Below, in pieces: positions 49,030 through 63,151 of a DNA stretch of 64,000 nucleotides. Under the pieces are notes generated by a model, which did not search any database, was not told the origin of the DNA, and saw only the letters and a program-made list of their open reading frames with translations. The translations under genes were made by a program, and so were the position numbers. The DNA comes from Mytilus edulis. Taxonomy: Eukaryota. The stretch lies in the NCBI RefSeq assembly GCF_963676685.1, contig NC_092352.1, forward strand, positions 24,924,001 through 24,988,000. Direction: 5' to 3'. Within the stretch, counting starts at the first letter, position 1; each line of letters starts with the position of its first letter.

Positions 49030-49073
49030 ACGCCAGACGCGCGTTTCGTCTACATAAGACTCATCAGTGACGC
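49030..49073 (-). ncRNA. Intact minimal type I hammerhead ribozyme
   Basis: GCGTCA-CTGATGA-GTC TTATGTA GAC-GAAAC GCGC GTC^TGGCGT: all core residues present, stems I and II paired, palindromic stem III. Confidence 0.88.
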
Positions 49074-50689
49074 TCATATCAAAATAGTTATAAACCAAAC
49101 AAATAATAAACTATTCCATCACTCAGAAACACATTGATATATTTGTAATCTATTTATACATAAAAATGCTTACAATACATGTACATTTTGTCTAAACTGA
49201 CAATAATAACATTACAATATAATGGTAAAATAAAAGTAGTTGGTTTGATGCCTGCATGTTGTTTGCTATCCATTTTCACATATATATATATATATTTGTA
49301 CATTTATATGCTATATACCTTGTGTAATGTATTATCCTTGTAGATATGCTTTAAAACAAGTTTTATCACAGTCCTTCATTCATTGAAAATTGATGAATAT
49401 TCAGCAAATATATAACTCTTTTAAAATAAAACTACTATATACCTTTTATAATTTATTATCATTGTAGAATTAATAAAAAAAAAAAAAGAAGGTTTTATCA
49501 CAGTCTTTCTTCATTCATTCAAAAATGATGAATATTGCGCAACTGTATTTGTAACTGTTTAAATTTATACTACTAGGTACATTCATCCATACCTTAGTAA
49601 TCTAAGAACAACAAAAAGTATGTAAATATAACAAGGAAACAATATGTATATACAACAAACATGTAAATATAGCAAGGAAACAATATATATATACATGTAC
49701 AACAAATATGTAGACATAACAAGGAAACAATATGTATATACAACTAATATGTATCAGGAAACAATATGTATATACAACTAATATGTATCAAGGAAACAAT
49801 ATCATTCTTTTCAAACTGAAGTTCTATAGGTAAAAAAGTAAATAAGTTAGAAATTGTATTCATTATTCAAATGATAACTGAAAGTTAACACGAAATAAAT
49901 CCTTTTTACAAAGTCATTGGTTTAATCTGAATCCTTTATTACAATAGGAAAAAAGACAGATTTCATGCAAGAAATCTATTTGTTAAAGAAAGAAATAAAG
50001 ATAAGAGAGAAAAATATTTCTCTATTAAATATGAGTGATTTCAGTGAATTGTTATGTAATTTAATGAAGAAAAAAATTAAATATATTTTCAACATCTTAT
50101 TATACGAAACGTTTTAAGAAATGGTAAATTAAGTAAATTTGCCTACATTAAAGTCAACTAAAATGAAACCTGTATGACTATTCATGAAATAAATGATACT
50201 TATTTTCAAATGTATAGGAATTAACTAACTCAAGTACAAACTAGAACTTAACAAAGATAGTGTATTAAGTCAGAAGAGCATATTTAAGTTAAGAAACGCA
50301 TTTAGCTAAAGATATTGATATGTTATGCAGTTCCTTTTTTTTTTAAATCGTCCTGAACATGCATGAAAATTTTGCCACTGAACGTAAATCAACCAACAAT
50401 CATTCAATCCTTTTTTGAATATTTTTTTTCTAAAGGGTGGAAAACTTTTAATTGTTATTTGCATTGGTTTAAGTCTCAAATCAAAAGGAGAGTAATCTAT
50501 AATCTGCTTTATCTTTGGTAAATAATCGTCTATAAGTTACCGAAGTCTGTCATTTCAAGGATGTAAAAAAATATAAGGAGCTGTATAACCTATGGTGATT
50601 TTTAAAAATAATATTAAAACCTTGGGACAAGATACTATTTACTGTATGGACATCTTTAACATATCCCTCTTTTGAAATGCCAAACGTGT

Positions 50690-53600
50690 TGGCACATCCA
50701 AATTGGGAGGTTGAAGATTGAGTACCTTCTCTTTGAATAACAAAATTGTGTATAACCGTACAACTAAAAATTAATCCCACCATGCATGGTATGTCTGGCA
50801 TATCTAAATATTTGAGACGTCTCCATTTGCCTTTCAACATGCCGAATGTGCACTCTATTTTATTTCATGTTGCGGATTGTACTTTGTTAAATTTCAATTC
50901 CTCATTTGCAAGTCTGCCTGTGTCTCTGTATGATGTGATTAGCCCACTGAACCACTAGAATAATAAAAGAAATGGACTGAAATTTTAAGATCATGTCCTA
51001 CATTTTTTTTTTAACACAATTGAAGTGTTCAAAAAGGAAATAGTTACATGTGAAAGTTGAAGTTGAAGTTTTGGCATGGTAACCCACATATTTAGTCCTA
51101 TACAAGAAAAGATGAAATTTAAGTAGCCCACACCAAGGATTGGGGGCCATTGGCGTAATAGTATAATCATTTAGTCTTAACGGTACTTAGATTAAAAAAA
51201 TGATGTTGCAGGCAAAGCCTGCATTGTTTAAGTTTTGTGGTTACTCTTGTTAGAAAAGTGATATTCTGAATCATTAGATATGACTTACATCAGCTCTATA
51301 CCTTTGTAATTTGTTTTGTGAATAAAAGAACTACATATATAGTAGTTACTACTAACCTGTACTAACCACTTGCAATAAACTAAATTAATCATTTGTGTTT
51401 AACTATACTAATCGCTGGCAATGAGGTGTACTAATCAGTTGTGTTTAACTGTAATATTCATTTCTGTTTAACTGTACTAATAATTTGTGTTTAACTATAC
51501 TCTCATTTGTGTTTAATTGTACTACTCATTTGTGATGATATGTACTAATCAATTGTGATGACATGAAATTAACATTTGTGATACACTGTACTTATCTATT
51601 CAAAACCTTAGTGTGAGTTATGCAAAGTTGTATCCGATTTACTCTCCTTCATCAACAGTTGTTATTACCACTGAATCAGTATTTTGGGCAAATAATCCTT
51701 GTCAGCATAATACAGTTGTTTGAATTCACTAAATATTTCTTTGTATTCATCTGATAGAAAAGTGTAAAGGTATTGAAATTACGTTTTTTAGGCATGGTAT
51801 TACCAATAGGCACATATAATTCCTTATTGACAAAGTCGTCGACGGGAAAATAAAACCTCAATATATAGAAAATTGAGAAAAATTTCATTTCTCTCATCAA
51901 ATCATATCATATAATGAAATTTTTCAGGAGCATTAACTGAAGCCTATCAAGATATTTTAAAGATTTATTCTTAGTCAGTGGGTAGGCACCATCTCCCAAT
52001 GAATGGCTTTCAATTGGCAGATGGGAAACTTTTTCTTGCAGCGGTGAAATCCTATATACTCTCGCATCATGAACTGACCCAGGCCAACTAACAAAAACAT
52101 CAATGAAAGTCATGTCTGCATCACAAACACCCTTTAAAATGTAAAATAAGTCAATAGGATATATGTCTTAATCATATCATATTTTTCGTCACCTAAATGA
52201 GTAGATTTTTTAATTTCAACTGCTAATACCTGTCTATTTGTCCATTTATTAACACCAAATGAGCATTAAAAACTGACTTTTCTTCATCAGACAAAAATGT
52301 ATAAAAAGTTCAAAAGCTAAGAATTTAATTTTAGATGTAACATGTTTTCTGATTGGCTGATGTTGTTTTGTTTTTCAGCTTAAAGGCATAATTTTGTCAT
52401 GTGACCGTGACTGACGTCTTCAACTTTTTTTCATGGTTTACTCTGGTTTACATGGAATTAAGAATTAAATTACTTATATTTTTTCTGTCTATCGATATAA
52501 CATAAACAATGTGGTGCACGTTATTCATTGTGCACCACATTTTTTATGTTATTTCTTCATAGACAGAACAAATATTAAAGTCATTCCTTGAATAAAAATT
52601 ATTTTTGAAAGTAAAATGTCTGCATAGAAAAACTTAACTGGCTTTATTTCATCTCAGAATTTGTAATGCTGATTACAGGGCTGTAACTGTTATCTTTTAT
52701 CTCTCATCCTGAACATGCATAAAATATTTGCTAGTTGACATTAAGCAACCAACAATCAATCAATCTTATATCCAAATTTTATTACCTAGAGAATAATGGA
52801 ATAATCTTTTTTCCTGTTCAGGTAGCTCTGTGGATGGTCTGTTGGTTTCCTTATACTGATATGTGTCCTATTCACAGCTCCCATCACTCCTGGAAGACCT
52901 TTGATGGCTTTGAATTTATTTTTTATTTCTGCTTCTTTAGCTTAAACAAAATTCAATTATTCATATAACATGTGTTATGTCAGTCATAAATTGGATTATT
53001 TACATATATACACACCTTTTGAAACAATTTAAATTTAACAATGACTCCCCTCATCGTTTTTTCCGTGCTGGGGAAAATATTTTAAGAGACAATTGCTTGT
53101 GGATTGAACCTGGCAGAGTTAGAGTCACGTACAAGATCTGAAATTTAAAAATATATATAATTAGTAACATTTAGTAGCTGACTTCCCTCCTCTTTATTCC
53201 GGGCTTGGGACCGGCAGGTAAATAAAGGCAACAGTAGTATACCGCTGTTCAAAACTCATAAATCCATGGACAAAAAACAAAATCGGGATAACAAACTAAA
53301 ACCGAGAGAAACGCATTAAATATAAGAGGAGAACAACGACATAACACTAAAATGTAACACACATAGACAAAATCCCACGAGAATAACAAATATAACATAT
53401 AGGTAAAACCTAGCAGAGTTAATGTCAATTTTCAGCTGCAATGATGAAGATAATGGTTTATATGTAATCAAAATTACAATTAGAGTTATAAACATTTTAT
53501 AAACTTTAACAATATTAATTCAACATGTTTATGATCTGCATTATACATGCCCTTATGTAAAAGCAATATATTTCATTTTGTCAGAACAGTGATCATAGTT

Positions 53601-53905
53601 GGTATCAATCATTCAACCAGTTATAATTTTAGTAAAATTAAATTGTATATATTTAGAATATTTATATTTATACTTATGCTTCAGCTGTCGAAAATAATTA
53701 AAGGTCTATGATAGGAAAGATCCTATAACAATGTATTGGGTTTTTTTTCTATGCCCCAAATGCCTTCATCTGGCCAACAAATGTACTGGTCTGCAATTTG
53801 TACTACAGCAGTTGTACATCTTCTCACTGCACGATGAGTCGAGGACATTGTAACACCAAAGCGATTATTGATTGATCTGTAGGTTTCAGATGTAGCAATA
53901 TACCT
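50690..53905 (-). pseudogene. Intron-containing HARBI1/Harbinger nuclease gene, decayed (at least 4 exons)
   Basis: Exons ~53770-53905 (YIATSETYRS..RFGVTMSSTHRAVRRC..YICWP), ~52786-52945 (GLPGV..THISIRKP..YLNRKK), ~51968-52131 (GVCDADMTFIDVFVSWPGSVHDARV..LGDGAYPL) and ~50690-50955 (FNKVQSAT*NKIECTFGMLKGKWRRL..IHNF). Confidence 0.85.
52478..52580. repeat. Palindromic mini-element in an intron
   Basis: TTCTGTCTAT..ATAACATAAACAATGTGGTGCAC ... GTGCACCACATTTTTTATGTTAT..ATAGACAGAA. Confidence 0.65.
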
Positions 53906-54789
53906 AGAATATGAACTGATTTTTTTAAAATACTAGTAACACATGACTATGTAAAACATATATAACTACATTAATCTGCTGCAACAAAATATTCCTTTAT
54001 TAATATTAAATTTGATCTTGTATCATAGTTATATAATAAGGTAAAACAAAGAAAACTACGAAACATACATTGGGATTTTCAATCTTTAATTTGTAGAGCC
54101 TGCGACTTTTGAAGGCGGAAGACCGAGATGCTTCTTAATTTATATATAGATGCCTCATGTTACAAACTTTCTATCAGTAACATGTCCAATGTTCTTGACC
54201 TCATTTTCGTGGTTTAGTAGATATAGGAAGATGTGGTATGAGTGCCAATAAGACAACTCTCCATCCAAATAACAATTTATAAAAGTAAACCATTATCTGA
54301 TTATAGGTCAATATACTAAACGTGTTAAACCATTCAAGCGGGAAAACCAACCAATCACATAAGCAACACGACAGGTGCCACAGGTGGAGCAGGATCTCCT
54401 TACCATTCTGGAGCACCTGAGATCACCCCTAGTTTTTGGTGGGGTTTGTGTTGTTTATTCTTTAGTTTTCTATGTTGTGTCATTTGTACTATTGTTTGTC
54501 TGTTTGTCTTTTTCATTTTCATGGTCTTGTCAGTTTATTTTCGATTTATGAGTTTGACTCTCTCTCCAGTATCTTTTGTCCTTCTATATAAAAAAAAACG
54601 AGAAACAGGTATTAATAACATAAACAAACAAAAACTTCAGTACATCAGTGACTACTTGAAAAAAAGATTTTTTTGTAATGTTAAATTCTCTTATCATAAG
54701 TAATAGGATAACTATATTTGGTATGTGTGCACCTCATTGTTGGTCAAAACCATATCTCAGATACAATAAGCAATAGGTCAAGTATATTC

Positions 54790-55275
54790 GGTGTATGGAA
54801 GGACTATAAGGTGTACGTTCAACAATGATAGTAAAAAAAACTGATAAAAAACGTTGAATGTAAACGATATCAACCTCCAAAGTCATATATTGTAGGACTA
54901 TTCCAACTGGCAGGTGTCATCTGAACTTGACCTCATTTTCATGATTCAGTGGTTATAGTTAAGTGTTTGTGTTTTTGTCTGTTTTTTCTTATACTGTATG
55001 CAACAGTTTTACTCTATTTGGTGTATATTAGGTGTATGGAAGGACTATAAGGTGTACGTTCAACAATGATAGTAAAAAAAAAAAACTGATAAAAAACGTT
55101 GAATGTAAACGATATCAACCTCCAAAGTCATATATTGTAGGACTAGCCCAACTTGCAGGTGTTATCTGAACTTGACCTCATTTTCATGCTTCAGTGGTTA
55201 ATATAGGTAAGTGTTTGTGTTTTGGTCTGTTTTTTCTAAGACTGTATGCAACAGTTTTACTCTATTTGGTGTATG
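54790..55275. repeat. ~240-bp tandem duplication containing a satellite-like TGAACTTGACCTCATTTTCATG core
   Basis: Two near-identical units starting GGTGTATGGAAGGACTATAAGG at ~54791 and ~55031. Confidence 0.85.
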
Positions 55276-57481
55276 GAATTATTGTAAGGTGTACATGTCT
55301 AGCTGCAGGTTTATGTTTATTTTCCATATACTACATGTATATAAGTCATACTAGTAATGTCAACTGAAATATACCATATTTATCATGTTTGTTTACTTAA
55401 AGCTGAATATACCATAAATTCATTTTCTCATTATTAAAGACAGTACAGTTGCTTGTAAATCCTGACATTTTATTCAAATGAACAATTATTATATCCTACA
55501 CATCTTTTTGGCAGGTTGTTTGGTGCCACCTGTGGAGCAGAAACATTTGCATACCATTTTAGAGCACTTGGGTTCAATCAATGATATGATGGTTTTTGTG
55601 TTGTTCATACTTTTGGGCTTCTGTGAAACATGTGTAATGGCTACTAATGTTCGTTTTTGTTTCTTTTTACTACTATTAGCATGATTAGTATTAAACTTAA
55701 GTTTTACCATATGAACATCAGGAGCTGTTTTTCTGTCTCTATTGGGGACCTGCCGTGTTCATGGATGGTGGGTATTTCCCCAGTAAGTGATAACTGAGAA
55801 TAAAGTTGTTCAACAGTGGACCTACTCATACGAAAATGAGACCTTAATTCATCTATGGTGTAAATCGGAATAACCGTTTCATAATAGTTTTGAATACGGT
55901 TAATATTATATCTTAAAGGTGTAAAAAAAAAAAAAGATTATTAACTGAATCTTCAAATTGAATAAAATAATCAAAAAGTGTAGATGTATCTAAAAAATCG
56001 TCTAAAAAGGATACCATCTTGGATCGAATCGTCTGCCCTTGGATGTTCTATAATCCTGAACCGGTTCCGTCGATACGAACCGGATAATGGAAAGCACGCC
56101 AGGTTCAATTCACTATTTTCTACATTTGAAAATACATGTACTAAGTCAGTTGTTGTCCATTCGTTTGATGTGTTTTGGGTTCTGTCCGATTTGAATTTCC
56201 TCTGAGTTCAGTATTTTTGTGATTTTACTTGTCATTTGATGTTGTCATTTGCAGGATCTGCTTACCCATCCGGAGCACCTGAGATCACCCCTAGTTTTTG
56301 GTGGGGTTCGTGTTGTTTATTCTTTAGTTTTCTATGTTGTGTCATGTGTACTATTGTTTTTCTGTTTGTCTTTTTCATTTTAGCTATGGCGTTGTCAGTT
56401 TGTTTTTGATTTATGAGTTTGACTGTCCCTTTGATATCTTTCGTCCCTCTTTGATTAGGGACTTTCCGCTTGAATTTTCCTCGGAGTTCAGTATTTTTAT
56501 GCACATAACACTGAAGAAGTCATCAATCTTTAACATGTGCAAATAGTGAAATAAATCAAGCAAAAAAAGAACATCAGTCGAAGAACCTCAAATCATCCTC
56601 AAATAAGGAGACGCACCATCTGAAGGAGCCTGAAAATCATGATTCCACTAACTATCTACCTATGCCAAGTGACGAAGACTCAGAAAAGGAGAAGAAATCA
56701 GGACCGTCAGACAAAAGGATCATACATTTAAGCCAAAAAGAAAGAGGATTCCTTAACAGAGAGGACTAAAACATTACTTAAGGTGGGAGGTATGCCCTTT
56801 TCCCACAAGGTAGTCCCCCAAAGGGTGACTTGGGAAATGAAATATGGTCACCGGCAGGAAAACGCATGTCGACGTGGGGCGTCCGTTTGGCTGTGCGCGA
56901 TGTGTCAAGTTTCGGATATATCTTTCGGAATGTTGAACCAAACCCCAACTCAAAGACTTTAAGGACCTAAATACTGTTTTACAAATATTCCTGATAATGC
57001 AGGTCTTCAACAGGAAGTGGCTCCAAATTAGACGAGATGCGGAACCAGTTAAATGTTTACAAATAATAATAGTAGTTTTGGCAAATTATAACAATTATTA
57101 AAGATGTACTAGTAAAACCATATCCTACCACGTTGACAATATATCCGTAATTTGATGAAATAGGTATGTTTCATCTTCTCATTATTAAACTAGTATGATT
57201 GATTGCAAATCTATATATTAAGTCATATATGGGGTTCAGATTGCCAGCATATTACTCCTCTAATTTATTCTGTGTTATTGCTGTTATATGAGTTATTCAT
57301 TGAGATATATACATACTGGACAAGAATAAAAGTCATTCTTTTACGCTGTATTCATTTATATATGATTATGCTGGAGTCAGCCAACTACAATTAAAACATG
57401 ACTATATAGAGGAACACTATCGATAATAAATAAGTTATTAAAAGTACACACTACCCCTACTTGCGCGCCTGTAACAAATTT

Positions 57482-57760
57482 GGTCAGGATCTCAATTTTC
57501 GGCTCTCCCTTGACACCATTTGCGAGTATGGTCTTGAGGAAACGATGATAGTCCGTCGGAAGGGGACGATAAATGGCTGACCCGTGTTAAGAGAGAGCCA
57601 TGATATCTCTTGCACGTTAAAGACACCCTTGTAGATTTCGAAAAAGAGTAGGCTAATGCCGCTACAAGGCAGCACTCGCACCCGCAAAGTGGAAAGGGAT
57701 TGATATAAGTTGCAAAACTTGTTTCCCAATCCACTATAAATAAATATGTTTAAACTAAAC
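57482..57760 (+). mobile_element. SINE of a related family sharing the GGGGACG.TAAAT / CTTGCACGTTAAAGA.ACCC core
   Basis: GC-rich island with the same central core as 38132-38575 but different flanks. Confidence 0.6.
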
Positions 57761-60449
57761 AAATTTGGTTCGCCAGTCGTGCGTTTCTTCTTTCTTAAAC
57801 CCATCGTATCGTTAAAATTAAGACAGTTGGAAATCAATTTGAAGTGCATTACTAACAGAAAATGCCGACAATACGACTTTGCAATCTACATGGGAAAGAA
57901 AACCTAGAAACCTAGTGTGTAGTGTTTTTGATCATTTCATAAACAATAAATTTACCAAAAAATAACACATCACTTCGAATTCGGAAGTGACACGTCCAGC
58001 AACGGTGGCATCGACCAAGTGGTTGTAAAGTTAATTAAATAACACCGGCTTACCACGAAAACGAGACCCACATATACAGAATTACCCTGTAGGGTAGAAG
58101 CCTGCTGAGTGTGGTTAGGTGACTATACTTTTATATCGTAGGTAACCTTTGGGTTTCATGTATAATACCATCCTTAACTTTTTTATTATTGTTTTATCAA
58201 TTCTAGAACTTTAGATAACGAGAGAACCCTTAAGATTACTTAAATTATTGTTACGCTACAGGTGCATAATAAATTCAAGTTAAAGTAAGAAATGAAGACA
58301 TAACAGTACCAAATGTTATCTAATTGATTCTATATAAACTAAAAACCATACCACGTCAATTTCCGAGCCGTATAATTAGCCCAAAAATAAACCTCTCGAT
58401 AGATTTCCTTGCAACTTGAATATATTGACTAGCTATATAGCTTGGACTAATGACCTGGTTTATGTACAGAACTTCTACTTGATATATAATACATTAACAA
58501 ATCACATGGATGCTTCTAGATATGTCTGGCAGAAATAATCTGTTTAAGAAGATTACATGTACTCTATTTTCAACACACTTCTACAATACCTTATGAACCA
58601 AGTTGGTCTAAGAAGCGGAAGTGATAAGGCAAATTTCTGTAAAAGTTCACTTTAATGAAAAATGTAAGAATATTGACCTCAAAAGTAATATGGGTCCATT
58701 CTGAAGGTTCAGATTTCCCTTTTTTTTTAATTATCCATAATCTCATAATGGGATTGCAATGATTCTTTTGTGTAAAGTTCACATGACCCTCCAACATGGG
58801 ACACTACATTAAATGCAGACGAAAGCTCCGGACCTACGCATAATATTTCATTGTTTTGCCCAGCCGCGCACAAGATTATTTTAACTCTTGTGCGCGATTG
58901 ATTACTGTAATTCGTTTAGCAGAATATTCCTTTTCATCCTATCATTTTATTGAATATATATATTTTAAATATCTTATATTATACTCTTAGTGTGCTCTTT
59001 TATAAACTATCTTTGATTCAAAATTGCCTAATTTTATTATATTTCAGTAGTTGAAGCAAAATAGGGCAAACATAATATATCTGTACCATTTCAACGACAT
59101 ATGGTTGTTTTTGAAGCTTTTCATTTAAAATCAGAACGCTTTTCTGTGTAAAGCACAACAGATGATGCATATGACTTAATGAAATTTGTATCATTGGCAT
59201 TTCAAATATTGCCGTAGGTTGTTGACATTACCATAAATGTTCATCAACATCTTATTATATGTTTGAGAAATAGGCTTGACTTTATTAATTATCAATTTAT
59301 ATAGCATTGTAAAAATTGTTACTTAAGGTGCTTAGAACTTTCCAATACAATCTAAGTAGCATCTGATTGCAATTATTTTGCATATGATGTACTCTTCTAA
59401 GTTTCTAAAACGAAGTAAATATTTCAAGGCCACGCAATTATATATAGTGCATTGACATAATACCTATAATGCAATCAGTATCCTTTTAGTCTGGCATATC
59501 GTTAACTTTCGGGTTTGTTCAATGTCCCTGGGAGGAGATTTGCGTTTTTATAAGGTATACACACAAAGCAATATGAGCTATGCTATACGATTTTTTATTA
59601 GGGGGATTTTGAAAAGGAGATATTTAAAAAAAAAACATAAGACTCAACTTAAAATAGCACCGAATTTTGCAAAACGAAAATACAATCAAACACTAAATAG
59701 AAACTATCTGGTGGTTACCCTTGATACACCGGAAGGGTAAGCAGATTATCCTGTTATACATGTGACATTCGTTGTTGCACAATTTAACACCAGTTCTCCC
59801 TAAGGATCAAACTCATGAAGACAGGAGTTTTCACAGATTTTCATTTGGCAATAGTTATTCAAAAATGTATTCAGATCTGATAGAGTTGCTGTGGTTGCTA
59901 TGGATACAGCATGTCATATTTCTGATAATATAATTTAGACTAAAAAATGAGTTTCTTGATAAAAGATACAAATTGCAGAGACTTTGTTTAATTAAATGAA
60001 TATGCACTGCATGAATTAATAATATTGAAATGGCCAAATGAAAATTTACCTTGGAGCTCTGATTGATTGTATGAGAGCTCAATGTATAGCATTGAGCTAT
60101 GCATTGTTTTTCTTGAATTTTCACAGTAAAAATATATTAAATGTGCCAAACATCATTAAATTTAGTATAGATATTTTAAAATAAGCTACCAAAGACAATC
60201 AATAAAGAAAAAAATATTAGTGGGGTAAACACTTTATTTTTACAATAACCATTGAAAGTTTTCAAATAAGCATCATTTTTGTCAGAGAGTTACTTCCCTT
60301 TTATTGCCTCATTTATTTAGAAGCAAAAAACAATCCATTGTCCATAACAACATAACAGACGACAAAAGATGGTAATATGTGTGCACCTAGTTGAGAAATA
60401 ATCAGAAAACAGTGAGATAAATTGTAGTTTAAGTTGTTTTGACACATCT

Positions 60450-60747
60450 GTGTGTTGTAGTAGTTCTTTTGAAAGCCTCTGTGACATAGATAAGGAAACA
60501 TCAGACAAAGTATTATCAGAAGTTGGTTTGTTTTTCTGTCAGAGAACCAAAAACTTTTCAGTTTGTAATGTTCATTTGGAGGAAATCTTGGTTAAAAACC
60601 GGTCTAAAAATAAATCTGTTCGTTGTGCTATTCCTACACTACTTTCACGCCATAAGAAGACAGCTCCTCGGGCGGAGAGAAACATAACAAAGGATGCAAT
60701 GATGAAGATTCACAGTAGTACTGGCATTGTATTGGCTATTGGAATCC
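60450..60747 (+). other. Unassigned Cys/His-rich exon-like ORF (possibly transposon-derived)
   Basis: VCNVH..RCAIPTLLSRHKK..RNIT..IHSSTGIVLAIG ends at donor CC|GTAAGT; no family recognised with confidence. Confidence 0.3.
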
Positions 60748-60815
60748 GTAAGTATTATAAAAATTCATTGCCAATCATTTTTTGGCTGATCAAATGCCTT
60801 ATAATTGAATATTAA

Positions 60816-61266
60816 TATAGAACGAAATTCAAAACAGTGTGGCTGTGGCCATTGATTGACACATTAAATTCATCCATTGACTGGGACAATTTAGGTGAAC
60901 GTTTGTATGTAACGACCACTTCTCACTATGTACTTTATAAAGACACTTAAACTATGGGGTCACCAAAGGTTCTCAACACCTTAATAAAGTCATTCGAAAA
61001 ATTAATCAGAAATAACGCGATGTTTTGATTTATATCAATTATATAAATCAAAACATAAAGGTTATTCCTGATTAATTTTTCGAATTATTTTATAATTAAA
61101 GGCGTTAAGAAACCTTTGGTGACCCCACAGTTTAAATGTCTATCGTAGGTACGTCGTGAACAGTGGTCGTTACAGACAAACGTTCACGTAAATTGTCCCA
61201 GTCAATGGATGAATTTAATGTGTCAATCAATGGCCACCGCCACACTGTTTTGAATTTCATTCTATA
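60816..61266. mobile_element. ~450-bp foldback (near-perfect palindromic) MITE
   Basis: Arms ATATAGAACGAAATTCAAAACAGTGTGG..CATTGACTGGGACAATTTA..GGGGTCACCAAAGGTT mirrored across a centre at ~61037. Confidence 0.9.
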
Positions 61267-61784
61267 TGGATGATCTGTATTTTAATAAAATATTTCTGAT
61301 CCCATTTCATCTTGACAGGTTGAATCACCAAAAATATTTTCGAAATTATGAATGAATTCACAGTGATACATTTTTTTAGAACAAATTACCTCCCTTTACA
61401 AACTGTAAGACTAACAGAAGTTGCTGCTAACGCCCTAAAAAATAAAAGGCAAAATCTATAAAACTTGTAAGGTAAAACAAAAATGAACATGTTTATTAAA
61501 ATGTTGGAGAAATAATATATTTTGTTTTGAAAATTGAAAAAAAACACACTTTTTTACATAAAATATGATGCAAAATGTCCATGAATGGGTACTTTTAATT
61601 ATTTTATCCGTCTAGTTTAAGTTTTGCAGCATTTACAAAGCTATCTAGAACAATCAGTTTAAGCAAGTGCAGTTGCATTTATGCTTTATGTCTTTTAAAA
61701 ATTCATATAGTTGATTTAAAAATATTTACCGTATAATAAAGTAAAATATAATATTAACAGTCTTAATTTATAACAGCAGCACTG

Positions 61785-62098
61785 GATTTGTCAGTGAGTC
61801 TTCTTCTTGGTAAGTCATTAGAAACATAGATAGCTGGAAGTCTCCTGGGTTTGTCAGTGAGTCTTCTTCTTGGTAAGTCATTAGAAACAGAGATAGCTGG
61901 AAGTCTCCTGGGTTTGTCAGTGAGTCTTCTTCTTGGTAAGTCATTAGACACAGAGATAGCTGGAAGTCTCATGGGCCTGTCAGTGAGTCTTCTTCTTGGT
62001 AAGTCATTAGAAACAGAGATAGCTGGAAGTCTTCTGGGTTTGTCAGTGAGTCTTCTTCTTGGTAAGTCTTTAGAAACAGCGATAGCTGGAAGTCTCCT
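61785..62098. repeat. 60-bp minisatellite, ~5.2 copies
   Basis: GTCAGTGAGTCTTCTTCTTGGTAAGTCATTAGAAACAGAGATAGCTGGAAGTCTCCTGGGTTT repeated with period 60. Confidence 0.95.
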
Positions 62099-63151
62099 GC
62101 ACAGCTATCATGGACCGTATGACTTTATGCCCGTTTGGTGCTTTGAAGTGTCATTTTTCCCAGACAGATACCAGACCGGATGTAACATCTAGCGAATGCA
62201 TACTGTGTTCAGAAGATTGTCATCGGTCGGGCAGTCCGTAGCTAATGGAAGTCAGATGACGCAGCGTTGGTAGTATGTCCCACTAGGGTGACAGCTGTTG
62301 TTGATGAGCAGATACTAAGAATCGAATACTTGTAGACTGTAGTACCTGTGTAAGAGGAGTCCCTGCCCATGCACATCCGGATAATGTATCTGACAGAGTA
62401 AAATACTAACACTTCAATGATCGCCCTGTATATCAATTTTGACTGCTGCCGTTTCCTATGCGTTGGCTGATGTGTTCAGTGTGTGGACCTGCACCGTTCC
62501 CCGTTAGTCCTCCGTGATGAATTGTCGGTTGTTCCGCCTGGACCATAATGTCTGGTTTGTTTATGTCTACCGTTCCGTCTGTATCCTGTTCAGTTCCAAT
62601 CATTTCTACCGTTTCGCCTATAAACGAGCAAAAAGCCATAAATAGGACGACAAATGATTTGGAGATTCAAGTTCTGACTTTTCTTTGAAATACTTACGTT
62701 AATTCCATTACCACGTGCAGTCTCAGAGACATCAGACATATTGCTCGTGGTACCACCAGTTCGTACTCGAAGGGTCTGCTTGTATAAAAATTTAGATAGG
62801 GCAACCCTACCGGACCGCATTGTGCAGAAATCAATTTCAACATGTGTGTCTCCGATCCGTCCTACAAGGACATCAAGACCACTGACACTCAGACCCCCAC
62901 TCCAGAAAATCTGAGAATGGTAGTGATTGCAGTTCAATCTTGCGGTAGAGTGAATCATAAAATTAAGTTAGTCTTTTTACGTCATATTTCATTTTTTTTT
63001 TTTTTTTCATTGTATTTTGGAAATACAAAAGTTTAAAATTCTAGCCTGGTATTCAAATAATTTTCCTGCAAGTATATCTCATATGATAGTTATTTTATGG
63101 GTTACATGATTAACTTTTGGTTAAAATAAGAATAGAACTACTAGTATATAT

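Noticed and set aside
49600-49800. AAGGAAACAATATGTATATACAAC repeats (also TGTGTTTAACT repeats near 51350-51570)
   Set aside because: Short, degenerate AT-rich minisatellites with no evident structure
50860-50870. In-frame TGA in the HARBI1-like exon as selenocysteine
   Set aside because: Aligns to a conserved Arg (CGA to TGA decay), the gene has other lesions and no SECIS was seen
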